This document shows, piece by piece, positions 20,922 to 31,571 of a stretch of 64,000 nt of DNA. Position 1 is the stretch's first letter. Every line of letters starts with the position of its first letter. Both the position numbers and the translations under genes were made by a program. Where the stretch lies: assembly GCA_963712115.1 (NCBI GenBank), contig CAVQGX010000022.1, positions 1-64,000 of the forward strand, written 5' to 3'. Under the pieces are notes generated by a model that worked only from the letters and a program-made list of their open reading frames with translations, did not search any database and was not told the origin of the DNA. The stretch comes from an uncultured delta proteobacterium. GTDB lineage: Bacteria; Desulfobacterota; Syntrophobacteria; BM002.

Positions 20922-22772
20922 CTAAATATACTCTCCTGCATATCCGCGGACGTAATGACCGTCGAGAACGTGAAAACCCCTTATTTTCTTGAGAAAGACC
21001 GGCGAAAACATACCGATGGGTAAGTAGATTATCTTTTTCCGGTAACGGCTGGCCACTGAGTGGCACCAACTTCGCGGGGGCTTAGCAGCAATGTAAGCAA
21101 TCTGGGATTCTTCACAATAGTCGATGGCAGCCAGCAGCAATCTTTCTGGTTTGCTTTGCGCTACCTCAAAGAACGGATCATGCCAGATGTCGTATACCCG
21201 CATGGGAGGATAGGTGAGCATAAAGCCACCATATTGGCAGCGGGAGACTCCTGGCCCAACAAGATTGTTCCCGGAAGGAGTGGCATAAAAGGCCATGTCC
21301 GATTCCTGCTCATGTTCACCCAACCAAGTGACCCGCCAGGGAAACCTTTCGGGTTTGCCCTCCTTGGATTGATCTTCGTCGAAGATAAGGACTACCGAGC
21401 CCACCTTTCCTTGTAATGGCCTGTTCTCTTTCACATAGAGCTTGCCTTCGTGCCAGTTGCGGATGGTTTCACGCAAATCAATCCCATCAAGAAGAGAACT
21501 GGTGAAAAGAACAGTTCGGCTATTTTCTGCGGCCAGGATCTGACCGGCTTTCTTTTTAATATAATGGCCCCAACCTTCAACCACTAGATCTTCTGGGGGA
21601 TAAGAACAGATCATATGTCCTTGCCATTGACGTTTCCACTCACCGGGCTGGTGCTCTTGCAATCGTTTCTTCTTGACCGGAACAGGCACCAAGCGTCTCC
21701 GCATGGTGCGGAAGGTGCGGTGAAATCGAATTTTCTTCTGGTTAAGAAACAAGTCCTCTCCGCGGAGTTCGATGGTGGGAAGAGCAGGACTTTCCTCCTG
21801 CCACGGGTACTTGCTTCCGAGATCCCAGACCTCGTATGAAAAATTGTCGTCCACCGCACCGCGGGCAGCCACTACTAGCTGGTAGAAGTCAGGAGCAAGA
21901 AATCCCTGAATAAGGGCATAATTCCTGGCGAAGCGGCGGAGTACGGCGAACTGTTTAGGGGTCACCTCCTCCTGAGAGTTTTTCAGGTGTTGACTGGCTG
22001 CCTCCTGGAGAAGAGCTTCATGCTGTGCCAACCGATCGAGTGGTGTGGCAGCCTCGGGATTCTCGCTCCAGAGGGCAAGGAGATCTTGCCGCTCTCTTTC
22101 GTAACCGCTTGCAATATAAGGGATTTCCGACATAATTTCCCGGCTGGATCTTTCATCAAGATGGGCCAGGATTACCCCCTCACGCTGCTGGCGGCCAATG
22201 GGCTGCGCCTGGGGGCTGGAGAGTTTGGCCAAGATACTCGGGTAATGACTAATACCACAAACAAAGAGCACCCGTTGATATTCTCTCATCAATTTCTGCA
22301 GGTGGTAAGCCATATTGGCTTCACGCAGAAGGTCCTGCCTGGTTGACTGTCGATGAGCGTACTGAGCGGCGTAAGCTTGGCAGTAAGCCGTGTGACCTAT
22401 GCGATGTACGGCGTAAGGATCGGGGAATACCTCATTAATCTGCGGCATTCCCTCGAGGTCACGGTCGATGAAATGGAGGGGAAGATCGTGCTCCAGGGCA
22501 CAGCGTGAAGCCTCTACGCCCCCATCGGTGGGCTCTAAGGGCAGATAGACGTGGGTGCCATCTTTTTCGCCATAGAGAATGACCGAGAGCAAGGGCAACC
22601 TCTTCAACCCCCTGAGCAATGGCTCCCTTAAGGTGTTGGGAAATTCCACCGCCACCGCATCAGGCTGCCAGCGGGCAAACCAGCGAATCACTGCCTGGGC
22701 GAATTCAAGCCGACCGTGGATTACCGGTACAAAGCAGATGTTCTCAAAAAAAATGCCGTCTTCTTTTTTCAT
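20922..22772 (-). CDS. uncharacterised protein next to a MoxR-type ATPase (DUF5682/TraB-like N-terminus)
   Basis: 616-aa open frame; PVIHG..F...PDAVAVEFP, FID, LREANMA, VLFVCGISH motifs. Confidence 0.7.
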   Translation of the reverse strand: MKKEDGIFFENICFVPVIHGRLEFAQAVIRWFARWQPDAVAVEFPNTLREPLLRGLKRLPLLSVILYGEKDGTHVYLPLEPTDGGVEASRCALEHDLPLHFIDRDLEGMPQINEVFPDPYAVHRIGHTAYCQAYAAQYAHRQSTRQDLLREANMAYHLQKLMREYQRVLFVCGISHYPSILAKLSSPQAQPIGRQQREGVILAHLDERSSREIMSEIPYIASGYERERQDLLALWSENPEAATPLDRLAQHEALLQEAASQHLKNSQEEVTPKQFAVLRRFARNYALIQGFLAPDFYQLVVAARGAVDDNFSYEVWDLGSKYPWQEESPALPTIELRGEDLFLNQKKIRFHRTFRTMRRRLVPVPVKKKRLQEHQPGEWKRQWQGHMICSYPPEDLVVEGWGHYIKKKAGQILAAENSRTVLFTSSLLDGIDLRETIRNWHEGKLYVKENRPLQGKVGSVVLIFDEDQSKEGKPERFPWRVTWLGEHEQESDMAFYATPSGNNLVGPGVSRCQYGGFMLTYPPMRVYDIWHDPFFEVAQSKPERLLLAAIDYCEESQIAYIAAKPPRSWCHSVASRYRKKIIYLPIGMFSPVFLKKIRGFHVLDGHYVRGYAGEYI

Positions 22773-23050
22773 CGCCTTAGAGTCGGAATGTGGAACCCAA
22801 AATCCCAAATCCCAATATCTAAATTCCAAACAAATTCCAAATTCAAATTATCCAATGTTCGAAACCTTAAAAACGTTAAGCTAGAACAATGTGATTTAGA
22901 CCGGTCAACCCGAAAAGCAAAAAGTTTTTGTTTTGGATTTTGGTCATTTGAAATTGTTTAGGATTTGGTGCTTGGGATTTCAGATTTGCAGACATTAGAT
23001 AGCTGCCCATTTGGTTGAATTTGTTTTTGTCTACGCAAGTGCTCGAGACT

Positions 23051-23932
23051 TTACTCCTCGGTCTTATCGGGTGGCGATGGTAGATAGCCACGGGCTTCTT
23101 CCCCCAGGATGAGACGGATGGCCTGGTCAAGAGAGTGGTGAACTTGTTTGGCAGATGGCGGTACCCGCCGGGGCCATTTTAGTTTTCGAGAGGTGGATAG
23201 AAGTTTGATAGCGTAGCGGCCAATGTTGATGCCGTCACGGACAGTGTAGCGTTCCTGTGCCATGTGGCTCACCTGCAGGAAGTCCACCACATAATTCAGA
23301 ATCATCTCATCAGCGAAGGGAAGGTTTTGGGCAAGAATCAGTTTTTCTTCTTCACGCTCCGGGAAGTCAATGAACACCTGTGGCTGCAAACGGGAGTGAA
23401 TGTACTCAGGCAGTTCAAAGGTGCTGGCGTCGTCGTTCATGGTGGCACAGATGCGAAAATCGGCATGGGCGTGGATTTTAATTCCTGCAACTATGGACTC
23501 AACATACCGGCGGCTGTCCAACAAAGGTGCCAGAGAGGCCCAACTCTTTTCGCTCATCCGATTGCCTTCATCCAGAATCGCTACTCCACCACGAATCATG
23601 GCGGTTACTATGGATGAAGCCACGTACTGAATCTTCCCTGCCTCCGAAATTACCGGAGTTACCAGGAGGTCCTCAGGGCGAGTATCCATCGTCGCCTGGA
23701 ACATGAAGACTTCACGGTTGAGCTTTCTTGCCGCCGCATAGGCAAGGGTGGTCTTGCCCACCCCCGGTTTGCCTATTAGACGGGGATTCAGTGGCAGGTC
23801 ATCTTGGCTGACCACTAGCCAGGCAGCAAGAATCTGATCCATGAGTTCTTTTTGACCCACCCAAATCATGGGCAATTCATCAGGATGGCTCAAGTGCAAG
23901 GTGACGTCATCAATGGTTACTTTCTTATTCAT
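23051..23932 (-). CDS. MoxR/CbbQ-like AAA+ ATPase
   Basis: Walker A GKPGVGKT, Walker B ILDEGNRM, ATMN, SRL. Confidence 0.9.
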   Translation of the reverse strand: MNKKVTIDDVTLHLSHPDELPMIWVGQKELMDQILAAWLVVSQDDLPLNPRLIGKPGVGKTTLAYAAARKLNREVFMFQATMDTRPEDLLVTPVISEAGKIQYVASSIVTAMIRGGVAILDEGNRMSEKSWASLAPLLDSRRYVESIVAGIKIHAHADFRICATMNDDASTFELPEYIHSRLQPQVFIDFPEREEEKLILAQNLPFADEMILNYVVDFLQVSHMAQERYTVRDGINIGRYAIKLLSTSRKLKWPRRVPPSAKQVHHSLDQAIRLILGEEARGYLPSPPDKTEE

Positions 23933-24278
23933 TTATAATCCTATGTTTTGAGGAGTTGGTGGTGGGATCATTGTATGCAAAGAAGGTGACAGGTTCAAGT
24001 CAGAGAGAGTTAAGATTACAGATTTGTTGAGGCATAGAGCATGGGGCATGGAGCATAGGGTAAAATTTCGAATTGCGAAATTAGAAATATAAAAATATCT
24101 GTTTTCTGACCTCTGACCTCCGACCTCTGACTTCTTACTGCCTAGTGGTTTCTATACAGTCTACATTTTGCAATCCTAAATCCGCAAACCATGGGCGGGC
24201 AGTTGAAGGCCGGGCCCTTCCATGCACAGCGGGATCTTCGATGGGTCCGGATTCTTTATTTGTTTATAGATACTTAGT

Positions 24279-24307
24279 TTGACATTCCTTTCCGAGGTCC
24301 CTAGAAT
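24279..24307 (+). promoter_or_regulatory. sigma70 promoter of the phasin-like/ubiB pair
   Basis: TTGACA-17 nt-TAGAAT. Confidence 0.6.
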
Positions 24308-24408
24308 TAAATTATATAAGCAATAAGACAGGGTCTTTACCATTTATTCTGGTTGCCAGGCAGAGCCTGGCAAGGAGAATAAAAAAAGTAAGATGAGGAG
24401 GATTCGAC

Positions 24409-24732
24409 ATGGCTTTGATTGAAATGATCAGAAAGAGCTTGCTGGCGAGCCTGGGTGCAGCGGTGGTAACTAAAGAGAAGGTGGAGGAAGCTACTAAACG
24501 TTTGGTGGAAGATGGAAAGATCTCAAGGGATGAAGCTGAAAAACTGGCAAACGACCTGGTGGAAAGTGGCAGGCATCAGTGGGATGAGATTCAGGAAAAA
24601 ATGACGGAAACAGTGAGAAAGGGACTAGACACCTTTGACATCGGCAGTAAGAGAGAGTTTCAGGAATTAAAAGAGCGGGTGGAGAATCTCGACAAGCGGC
24701 TTGCCATACTGGAAAAAGGGACAGAGGAGTAA
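24409..24732 (+). CDS. phasin-family/PHA granule-associated-like coiled-coil protein
   Basis: LLASLGAAVVTKEKVEE...LVEDGKISRDEA; the usual upstream partner of ABC1 kinases. Confidence 0.75.
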   Translation: MALIEMIRKSLLASLGAAVVTKEKVEEATKRLVEDGKISRDEAEKLANDLVESGRHQWDEIQEKMTETVRKGLDTFDIGSKREFQELKERVENLDKRLAILEKGTEE

Positions 24733-24735
24733 AGG

Positions 24736-26388
24736 GTGGAGATAAAGGCGGTAACGCGTCTCGGCCGCTTCAAGGACATCGTCATAACCCTTTTTCGCTA
24801 CGGGTTTGATGACGTGGTTGAGCGGCTCGACTGGCCGGGAAAGGTTCTTTTTGAAAAAATCCGCAAGGTCGATCGGGAGATGAATACCTGGGAGCGGATC
24901 CACCACATGCTGGTCGATCTGGGCCCCACCTACATCAAATTTGGCCAGATAATGAGCCTCCGTCCCGACCTGATCCCCAGACCTCTGGTCCTGGAGCTGC
25001 GCAAGCTCCAGGATGAAGTTGCCCCGGTGAAATACCCGGAGATCCAGGAGGTGGTTGAAAAGAGTCTCCAGCGACCGCTTTCCGAGGTTTTCTCTTTTTT
25101 CGATGAGGAGCCACTGGCAGCCGCTTCACTGGCTCAGGTTCACAGGGCCGTTCTTCGGGACAATAATGAGGTAGTGGCAGTAAAGGTCCAACGGCCCAAG
25201 ATTCGCCAGATCATAGAGCCCGATCTCTACATCCTGAAACTTATTGCTGGGCAGCTGCACGGACGCGTGGAATGGAGCAAGATCTACGATCTGCCCAAGC
25301 TAGTGGAAGAGATTAGGAGGACATTGCTCCGGGAGCTTGATTTCACTCGTGAAGCTCGCCATATGAAAATCTGTCGCAACAATTTTTCTGAAGTTGAGGA
25401 AGTTTACATTCCACGCCTCTATGAGCCTTATTGCAGCGAGCATGTTCTTACCATGGAACTGGTTGAAGGAATAAAAATGAAGGATCTGGGGCCTGACCAT
25501 GAACTCGATCGGGAGCTTCTGGCTAGGCGTGGTCTGCGGTTAACTGTAAAGCAGGTCCTGGAGGACGGCTTTTTTCATGCCGATCCCCATCCCGGCAATG
25601 TGATGATTCTGGCCGACAATGTCTTCTGCCTCATGGACTGGGGCATGGTGGGGCGACTGACCCGAAGAACCCGTTATGAACTGATAGACTTGATCAATGC
25701 AGTGGTAGATAAAGACAGCGAGAGGATAGAGGAGATTTTCATCGACCTGGCCCGAGCTGACGGCAGCAGACCTGAAAGGAGTATGGAGAGGGAGATTTTG
25801 GATATCCTCGACATCTATCACAGCCTTCCCATTCAGGATCTAAACCTCGGCCAGCTGCTTCTGGATATCACTACCATGCTGAGGGAAAATAAACTCAGGG
25901 TGCCGGCAGATTTGGCCGTGATGATCAAGGCGCTTATCACCGCTGAAGGAACAGCTCGAGAACTCTACCCCGAACTCAATGTAGTGGAAGAGGCCAAGCC
26001 TTTTGTAAAAAAATTGGCCATGGAACGCTGGAAGCCGCAAGTAGTCTGGCGAGACCTGCGTCGCAACTTTTCCACCCTGTTCACCCTTCAGAAAGAGTTG
26101 CCCACGAGGTTCAGGCAAATCATAGAAAAGATCGATCGGGGTGAACTAAATATTCGATTCCAGCATGCGAATCTGGGTGGACTTCGCAACACCCTGGAGA
26201 ACATTACCAACCGACTTACTCTCGGCATCATCATAGCTGCTTTGATAGTAGCCTCCTCCATGATAATCACCACTGGGGTAAAGCCTTTACTTTTTGGCTT
26301 CCCTGCCCTGGGTATCATCGGTTACTTAGTTTCTGGAGTTCTCGGTCTCTGGCTGGTTGTCAACATCCTCCGTAGCCGAAAGTTCTAG
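24736..26388 (+). CDS. ubiB: ABC1/UbiB-family atypical kinase
   Basis: LGPTYIKFGQ, AAASLAQVH, VAVKVQRP, FFHADPHPGN, DWGM; C-terminal TM helices. Confidence 0.9.
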   Translation: MEIKAVTRLGRFKDIVITLFRYGFDDVVERLDWPGKVLFEKIRKVDREMNTWERIHHMLVDLGPTYIKFGQIMSLRPDLIPRPLVLELRKLQDEVAPVKYPEIQEVVEKSLQRPLSEVFSFFDEEPLAAASLAQVHRAVLRDNNEVVAVKVQRPKIRQIIEPDLYILKLIAGQLHGRVEWSKIYDLPKLVEEIRRTLLRELDFTREARHMKICRNNFSEVEEVYIPRLYEPYCSEHVLTMELVEGIKMKDLGPDHELDRELLARRGLRLTVKQVLEDGFFHADPHPGNVMILADNVFCLMDWGMVGRLTRRTRYELIDLINAVVDKDSERIEEIFIDLARADGSRPERSMEREILDILDIYHSLPIQDLNLGQLLLDITTMLRENKLRVPADLAVMIKALITAEGTARELYPELNVVEEAKPFVKKLAMERWKPQVVWRDLRRNFSTLFTLQKELPTRFRQIIEKIDRGELNIRFQHANLGGLRNTLENITNRLTLGIIIAALIVASSMIITTGVKPLLFGFPALGIIGYLVSGVLGLWLVVNILRSRKF

Positions 26389-26719
26389 CCTCGCATTGCG
26401 CCATTCCTTTGGTTTGGCGCAGTTAAGAGATAATACTGGAGTGCTTACCTGGTGCCCCGCTCATGGAATGTTGGAATACTGGAAGGTTGGAATACTGGGT
26501 CGGGGAATATAGAAGAGTATATTGAATAGGTTCGTGCTTTGACCCATCGTTCCAATATTCCCAAATAGACGATCTACCAAGCTGATCTGGATCTAGCATT
26601 GGTATTTCCTATGCGACATATCGTTGGAATTGCGATTTTCTATTTGACCAAAAATTGTCTGAAGCGTAACTTGAATATTTGGTAAAGTAATTCCCTACAT
26701 AGTGACCCGAGGATGAAAG

Positions 26720-27817
26720 ATGAAGGCTGCCTTCGGCAAACAACTTATTGACCGGCTATTTCCAAAAGGTTCGGCCGGCCAACCGCAACTTACTCGTTTT
26801 GTTGGTAAGGGCGGTTGAGCTTGCAAAATCGGGCCGGAGGATCTGGCCAAAGCTCTTAAAAGCTTGCCACCGGTGGAAGATCCCAACGCACTGGTGGGAT
26901 TTCGCACAGCTGACGACTGCGCCGTCTACCGGGTAAATGACACCCATGCCATTGTGCAATCCGTGGACTTCTTTACCCCTATTGTGGACGATCCCTACAC
27001 TTTCGGCCAAATTGCCGCAGCAAATTCTCTAAGTGATATCTATGCCATGGGGGCTGAGCCCCTTTTCGCTCTGAGCATTATGGGGTTCCCCCAGCATAAT
27101 TTGCCCCTGGAGGTCATGGGCGAGATTTTTCGTGGTGGTGCCGATAAGGCCAAAGAGGCGGGGATTTCCGTGCTTGGGGGTCACACCATTGAAGACAGCG
27201 AGTTGAAATACGGTTTGGTGGTTACTGCCTACGCTGAAATCGATCAGATTCTCACCAACAGCAATGCAAAACCGGGTGATGATTTGGTCCTCACCAAGCC
27301 TCTGGGAGTGGGGGCAATCTCCTCGGCCATCCAAAGAAGAATAGCTAGTGATGCTTTAGTCAAAAAGGCTGCGGCACTAATGGCTGTTTTGAACAAAGAC
27401 GCAGCCCAGGCCATGAGAGAAGTTGGCGTCCATGCTGTTACTGACGTTACTGGGTTCGGCTTGTTGGGCCACCTTTTGGAAATGACCCAGGCCAGTGAGG
27501 TCAGTGCTGAAATATTTGCCCAAAGTGTGCCCACTCTTGAGGAGGCCTGGGAGTTTGTTCGCAAAGGCAAGATTCCTGCAGCCACCCGCACAAACTTGAA
27601 ATACGTCAATCCACATATTCGCTATGAAAAGGAGTTGAATCAAGAAATTTCTCTCATGTTGGCCGATCCTCAAACAGCCGGAGGGTTGCTGATTGCAGTA
27701 CCCACCGATAGAACGGAGCGACTCATAGGTCGCCTGAAAGAATTAAAAACTCCCGCAGCCTCTCGTATTGGCCGGATCACCGAAGAACAAGACAAGCGTA
27801 TCCTCGTGTATCCATGA
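26720..27817 (+). CDS. selD: selenide, water dikinase, selenocysteine-containing (in-frame UGA at 26816-26818)
   Basis: ATG at 26720 with GAGG SD; LTRFVGKGG-UGA-ACKIG then DDCAVY, VDFFTPIVDDPY, GGHT, DVTGFGLLGH, DPQT. Confidence 0.93.
26832..26848 (+). promoter_or_regulatory. putative bacterial SECIS hairpin
   Basis: GGCCGG-AGGAT-CTGGCC stem-loop starting 13 nt after the UGA. Confidence 0.6.
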
Positions 27818-28290
27818 AGCGATCTCTCCTCCAAGCATTTGGCATTATTCTCCTTTCAGGAACTATCTGTCTTGCGGTGAATGGGTTTCGCCCAGATGGA
27901 ATCCCTTGGGTGGAGAATTGGCAAGAGAAGGTTCTAAATGAGCAGTTGACAGGAGGGCTTCCGGCAGTCTCGCTCAAAGAGGCCAGAGATGCATATGAGG
28001 GAGGTTATGCACTTTTTGTGGACGCCCGCGATCCAGATTTCTTTAAAGGGGGCCATATTCCTGGTGCGGTTAACCTTCCGGTGAAAGATTTTGATCGGCT
28101 TTTCCCAACATTAAACGAGCGGCTGCTGGCGGCGCCGCGGATAATCACATACTGTGATGGCGCTAGCTGTGAGATGAGTGTGGAACTAACGGAGAAATTA
28201 CTTTTTGCTGGCCTGGAATATGTAGAGATTTTTACCGGAGGTATTCAGCAATGGAAAGCCGGTGGCCAACCGGTGGTCAAGGGACCTTGA
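27814..28290 (+). CDS. membrane-anchored rhodanese-like domain protein
   Basis: N-terminal TM; FVDARD, GHIPGAVN, YCDGASC, GGIQQW; ATGA overlap with selD. Confidence 0.88.
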   Translation: MKRSLLQAFGIILLSGTICLAVNGFRPDGIPWVENWQEKVLNEQLTGGLPAVSLKEARDAYEGGYALFVDARDPDFFKGGHIPGAVNLPVKDFDRLFPTLNERLLAAPRIITYCDGASCEMSVELTEKLLFAGLEYVEIFTGGIQQWKAGGQPVVKGP

Positions 28291-28399
28291 GTCAGCTGGC
28301 AGCCCGCAATTCTTAAGGTATTACTGCCAGCTGCTTGTTGTCCGCTGCCCGCTGTAGGTGGCCTTGGCTTTGAGGACCTTGCACTAGCGAAATGGTTTC

Positions 28400-28924
28400 A
28401 TGACCTCAGCAAACGGCAAAATCGGTTCACGTAGCTGTTTGACTCATCCCATCACAGGGTTGGTGGCGAGAATTGTTTTGGGGGGTGTGTTCATTTATGC
28501 CAGCCTGGACAAAATAAAGCATCCGGAGCTTTTTGCCGAGGCAGTGTATAACTACCAACTCTCCCCGGGTGTGGCGGTGAACCTGGTGGCTCTGTGGTTG
28601 CCTTGGTTGGAACTGTTAAGTGGGGGTCTGCTGGTGTTGGGTGTGTGGGTCCGGGGAAGCACCTTGATCTTAAGCGGGCTGATGGTGGTCTTTCTAGCGG
28701 CCCTCGGAATTAATCTGGCCCGGGGTCTGGACATTCACTGTGGTTGTTTTACCACTCAGGGAAGTGGCCCCATGACCATCCTCACCCTTTTTCGCGACTC
28801 TCTTTTCCTGGTTCTTGCCCTCTACCTCTTTTGGCTGTATCAAGTCAGGCGGGTCCAAGTGAAATTCTCGCTCTCACGTGTTTTCCAACGCAACAATTCT
28901 AAGCAACTAAGTAGTAAGCAATAG
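28400..28924 (+). CDS. DoxX/MauE-family membrane protein
   Basis: RIVLGGVFIYASLDKI, LPWLE, GLDIHCGCF, RD. Confidence 0.88.
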   Translation: MTSANGKIGSRSCLTHPITGLVARIVLGGVFIYASLDKIKHPELFAEAVYNYQLSPGVAVNLVALWLPWLELLSGGLLVLGVWVRGSTLILSGLMVVFLAALGINLARGLDIHCGCFTTQGSGPMTILTLFRDSLFLVLALYLFWLYQVRRVQVKFSLSRVFQRNNSKQLSSKQ

Positions 28925-29103
28925 CAGGGTGCTGAAGAACTCAGATTTAAAGTACAAACAGCAAGTCCGTCATTCCGGAAGTCGCATGGCGACTGTCCGG
29001 CATCCAGGAAAAACAAAAGCTTACTGGATATCCCGCCCCTGGCGGGACTTTGCCTCGTCCGGTACGATAATTATTCTCTTTTGTGGACTTTTTCAATGCT
29101 CTG
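28925..29103. mobile_element. degenerate MITE family E
   Basis: Imperfect ends CAGGGTGCTGAAGAA / TTTTTCAATGCTCTG with internal palindromes. Confidence 0.5.
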
Positions 29104-29121
29104 TTAGAGGAGGAAATTTCG

Positions 29122-30670
29122 TTAGTTCTTAGCCGGCAGTTTGATGGTAAAAGTGGTTCCCCTACCTACCTCACTTGTAACCTCGATAGCACCTTTGTGG
29201 CGCTCAACTATGCCCTCGACCATAGACAAACCAAGACCAAGTCCCTGCCCTTCACTCTTGGTGGTAAAAAATGGTTCAAAAATGCGGGGTAGATCATTCT
29301 TGTCGATACCACATCCGTTGTCACTCACTCGAACGGTAAGGTTACGGTCGCTAGGATTATAGGAGGTGGAGACTATCAGTTTTCCTCCTTTGGGCATGGC
29401 ATCAATGGCGTTGAAGATCAGGTTGATGACACACTGCTGTAACTGGTTGTAATCTCCTCTGACACGGGGAAGTCTTTCCTGCAATCGTCTCTTTGTAGTT
29501 ATGTTGGCAAGCTTGAGCTTGTGCCCACTGAGCATCAAGCATTTTTCAACCAACTCATTTATGGGTACATCACTAAAATCCAGTTCCGACTTGCGGGAAA
29601 ATGCCAGCAAGTTGGAAACAATCTTGGAGCAGCGGTCGGTCTCATTTTCCATAAGGTTACAATAGTTGGAAAATTTCTCCCGGTACTCTTCCGTTACCGG
29701 TCCCCTTTTTAGAATCTTGAGCATAAGGCGGGCGTAATTCAGGACACCTGCCAGGGGATTATTGATCTCGTGCACAACGCTGGCCGCCAACCTTCCCAGA
29801 GAAATCATCTTGTCTTGATGGAGCAATCGGGCGTGATCAGCGAACTGTTGCTCGAGGCGGCGAATCTCCCGGAGGTCACGGAAAAAGGCAACAGAGCCAA
29901 TCTCCTCTTCACCCTCGTGCAAAACGGCCCCGGAAAACTGGGCAGGGATTAGCTGTCCAGAAATAGCCACTAGGCTTGTTTCATACAAGGTGAGTCGGTT
30001 TTGACCGCCATAGTCGCTGCTGTAAAGCTTCTCTTTCAATTCATCGTACTTCCCCGGTGGAAAAAAGTGATCAATAGTCAGCTTTCCCAGTACCGTCTCC
30101 TTTCGATAGCCTAACACTGCCTCAGCGGCCTTGTTGAAAATGATCACCTTGCCCTGTGGATCACAGCCAACGATAGCGTCGATGGAGCTCTCAATCAGAT
30201 TTTTTTGAAACTGGTAGGTCTTAGCCAGCTCTTCTGCCGTGTCCAACCACCGCTTTTCAATCAACTCCGTGTACTCGCGGAGCTCCCGGGTCAAATCTAG
30301 CCTCTCCTCGGCCCTTTTCAGGGCTACTTCCAGAGCCGTGGTACTTATGGGTTTTGTAATAAAATCAGAGGCTTTGAGTTGGAGGGCCTTCACTGCCAAG
30401 TCCATATCGGCATAGGCGCTGATAACTATGACCTCTTTGTCTGGATCTCTGGCTTTGATCTCTTTGAGCACAGAGATGCCATCCATGCCAGGCATGCGAA
30501 GATCGCAGAGGATAATGTCGGGCCGCTCGTCCGCAAAGATCTTTAGGCCCGTTTTCTCCATTCTCTGCTGCCAATACCTGATAGCCGGCATCACGCAGAG
30601 TAACGGTCAGGACTTTGCGTATGGACTCATCGTCGTCAATGACCAGCAGTTTGGACTTCTCCTCAACCAT
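29122..30670 (-). CDS. REC-PAS-histidine kinase (NtrB-like); frameshift near 30555
   Basis: LLVIDDD...DLRMPGMDG receiver, PAS, HEINNPL, NAIDAM, DNGCG, FFTTK, GLGL. Confidence 0.88.
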
Positions 30671-30760
30671 GGGGCTGATGCCTCCTTGTCTCTATCTTTT
30701 CTACACTTTATCTTGGAACTTTCAGAAAAAATCAAGGAAGAACGGCTAAAGACAGATTAA

Positions 30761-30939
30761 GAGGCTGTCCGACAACGTCATTCTGAGGCGTGAGCCGAAG
30801 AATCTCGAACGTGTAAGTACCTGAGAAGATGAGATTCTTCGCGAAGTTTATCCCTTCGACAGGCTCAGGGCAGGCTCTGAGCCTGTCGAAGGGCTCAGAA
30901 TGACAGTAGCAACCATTCGGCGGGTTGTCTGACAGCCTC
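30761..30939. mobile_element. MITE family A ends with a different internal sequence
   Basis: Same terminal repeats as 16473-16624; interior GTCATTCTGAG...GAGATTCTTCG...CCCTTCGACAGGCTCAGG...AGAATGAC. Confidence 0.78.
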
Positions 30940-30975
30940 TCAATGAGGATTTTTTTCGGGGTTCTGACTGCCAAA

Positions 30976-31506
30976 TCAGCCAAATTTCTTTGCCATGACG
31001 AATTTTCCTACCCCTTTCACCTCAATCCGGGCAATTTGTTGATAGCCGAAGTTTCTCTCGTACCAGCCGGCCATGCGGTGGGTTATGATCCAGAACCCCG
31101 CCAACCCTCGCTGGCGGGCCCAAGCCTCGGCGTGAGAGAGAAGACTGCCGCCGATACCCCGCCGGCGGAAGGAAGGATGCACCAGAAGCTGGGTGCCGGA
31201 AGCGAAGTCTATTAGATAGTCCATGTTCTTCTCAGAGAAACCAGGTGGGAACTCCGCCTGATTAATAACGCAAACCAAGCCCAAAACCTGAAGCCCGCGC
31301 ACTGCAAGGATAAGATCGCGGTCCGGTTTTTGTACGTAACGTTTGAGTTTGTCGCGGAAGGGCTGGCGCTGCTGATCGTTCAGGTGATCAGTGAGCTGCT
31401 CGAGGGTAGGTTCCACATCCGCTTCAGCGGCAACTTTCAGGTCCCAACTGTATGCTGCCTTTTCAACCGCATGATTCTCTGCCATTGATTGAGGATCCTC
31501 CGTCAT
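30976..31506 (-). CDS. GNAT-family N-acetyltransferase
   Basis: LLVHPSFRRRGIGGSLL acetyl-CoA motif. Confidence 0.85.
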   Translation of the reverse strand: MTEDPQSMAENHAVEKAAYSWDLKVAAEADVEPTLEQLTDHLNDQQRQPFRDKLKRYVQKPDRDLILAVRGLQVLGLVCVINQAEFPPGFSEKNMDYLIDFASGTQLLVHPSFRRRGIGGSLLSHAEAWARQRGLAGFWIITHRMAGWYERNFGYQQIARIEVKGVGKFVMAKKFG

Positions 31507-31571
31507 GTTTGCAGACTTTACAGTTTTGACCTACCGCTTTAACAAATGCGGTCCCCCCATAGGGTCTGTGC

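Noticed and set aside
20741-20941. N-terminal extensions of ORF-track calls (also 22773-22829, 51817-51915, 5164-5241)
   Set aside because: They translate intergenic repeats or UTR. Better starts with an SD or signal peptide lie downstream.
24409-26388. Phasin-like + UbiB kinase pair
   Set aside because: A widespread gene pair, with nothing unusual here.
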